This document shows, one piece after another, positions 62,995-64,000 of a stretch of DNA of 64,000 bases. The position numbers and the translations under genes were made by a program. The stretch is from Pristiophorus japonicus. Taxonomy: Eukaryota. The notes beneath the pieces are model-generated. The model saw only the letters and a list, made by a program, of their open reading frames with translations, was not told the DNA's origin and searched no databases. The first letter of the stretch is position 1, and each line of letters begins with the position of its first letter. Where the stretch lies: positions 49,600,001-49,664,000 of the forward strand of contig NC_091995.1 in assembly GCF_044704955.1 (NCBI RefSeq). Direction: 5' to 3'.

Positions 62995-63375
62995 TAAAAT
63001 CTACGCTGACACTCCAGTGCAGTGCTGAGGGAGTGGCTGCACTGTCAGAGGTGCCGTCTTTCAGATGAGACGTTAAACCGAGGCCCTGTCTGCGTCAGGT
63101 GGATGTAAAAGATCCCACGGCACTATTTCGAAGAAGAGCAGGGGAGTCACCCGTGGTATCCTGGGGCCAATATTTATCACTCAATCAACATCTTGAAACA
63201 GATTATCCGGGTCATTATCACATTGTTGTTTCTGGGAGCTTGCTGCACGCAAATTGCTGCTGCGTTTCCCACATTACAACAGTGACTCCACTCCAAAAGT
63301 ACTTAATTGGCTGTAAAGAGCTTAGAGACATCTGGTGGTCATTAAAGGCGCTATATAAATGCAAGTCTTTCTTTC
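62995..63375 (+). mobile_element. DeuSINE-like SINE
   Basis: GCTGACACTCCAGTGCAGTGCTGAGGGAG...GTGCCGTCTTTCAGATGAGACGTTAAACCGAGG...GGCGCTATATAAATGCAAGTCTTTCTTT. Confidence 0.8.
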
Positions 63376-63529
63376 TTTCAGTCACCTTGGCTGGAAAGTG
63401 CATGCATGTTGACATCGGGTGAGGATAGGATTAGACTAAGCTATAAGACCCCCTTGGTTGAATAGCTTCCTCACTGTGTCGGCCCACTCGTGAACGCTGG
63501 GTACTTGTGTGTGGTACAAGAGTGTGGCT

Positions 63530-63910
63530 TTACATAGAATTACATCGAATGTACAGCATAGGAAGAGGCTATTCGCTCAACTGGTCGATGCTGGCGATTA
63601 TGCTCCACTCGAGCCTCCTCCTACCCCAGTTCAGCATATCCTTCATTCTTTTCTCCCTCACGTGCTTAGCTAGTGTCCCTCAAAGTATTTGTGTTATTTG
63701 CCGCAACTACTCCCTGTGGTAGCGGGTTCCACATTCTCACCACTCTCTGGGTAAAGAGGTTTCTCCTGAATTCCCGATTGGATTTATTAGTGACTATCTT
63801 ATATTGATGGCCTCTAGTTCTGGTCTTTCCCACAATTGGGAACATTCTCTCTGCATCGACTCTATCAAATCCCTTCATAATGTTAAACACCTCACCCCCC
63901 AGCCTTCTCT
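63530..63910 (-). mobile_element. CR1 3' fragment
   Basis: IMKGFDRVDAERMFP...TRGHQYKI...FTQRVVRMWNPLP. Confidence 0.85.
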
Positions 63911-64000
63911 TGTTCTCTTTCCTCTTGCTGTATCTCAGCATCAGTCACCTGCCTCCATCGAAGAAAGTTGATGGTGGGGGGGCAGAGGAAAGGAACAAAT

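Noticed and set aside
62758-64000. Search for the alpha3 Ig-C1 exon
   Set aside because: No C-type Ig motifs were seen. The pyrimidine tract and AG near 63938 are not followed by an alpha3-like peptide.

Overview
Eukaryotic, repeat-dense genomic DNA. The repeat families point to a cartilaginous fish (shark); this is an inference. Most of the window is transposable elements and satellites: many CR1-clade LINE fragments (one with a near-intact ORF2 at 24.9-27.9 kb), a Tx1-like L1-clade element, two Ty3/Gypsy proviruses with paired LTRs and 5-bp TSDs, two solo LTRs, PIF/Harbinger and hAT non-autonomous elements, DeuSINE-like SINEs, RTE fragments and a 67-bp satellite. A satellite-bounded block of about 4.8 kb (2.8-7.6 kb) is duplicated at 13.1-22.9 kb. 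The one recognisable host gene is a divergent, non-classical MHC class I-like heavy chain on the + strand. It has an alpha1 exon at 53300-53560 and an alpha2 exon at 62482-62757, both with intact phase-1 splice sites. Most peptide-anchoring residues are replaced and the groove looks hydrophobic. Its likely leader exon (51634-52125) is split by an antisense CR1 insertion. The alpha3 and later exons are not in the window. A CpG-rich promoter-like region near 30.2-30.6 kb may start an unidentified minus-strand transcript. No prokaryotic features were found. All alignments were made by eye.
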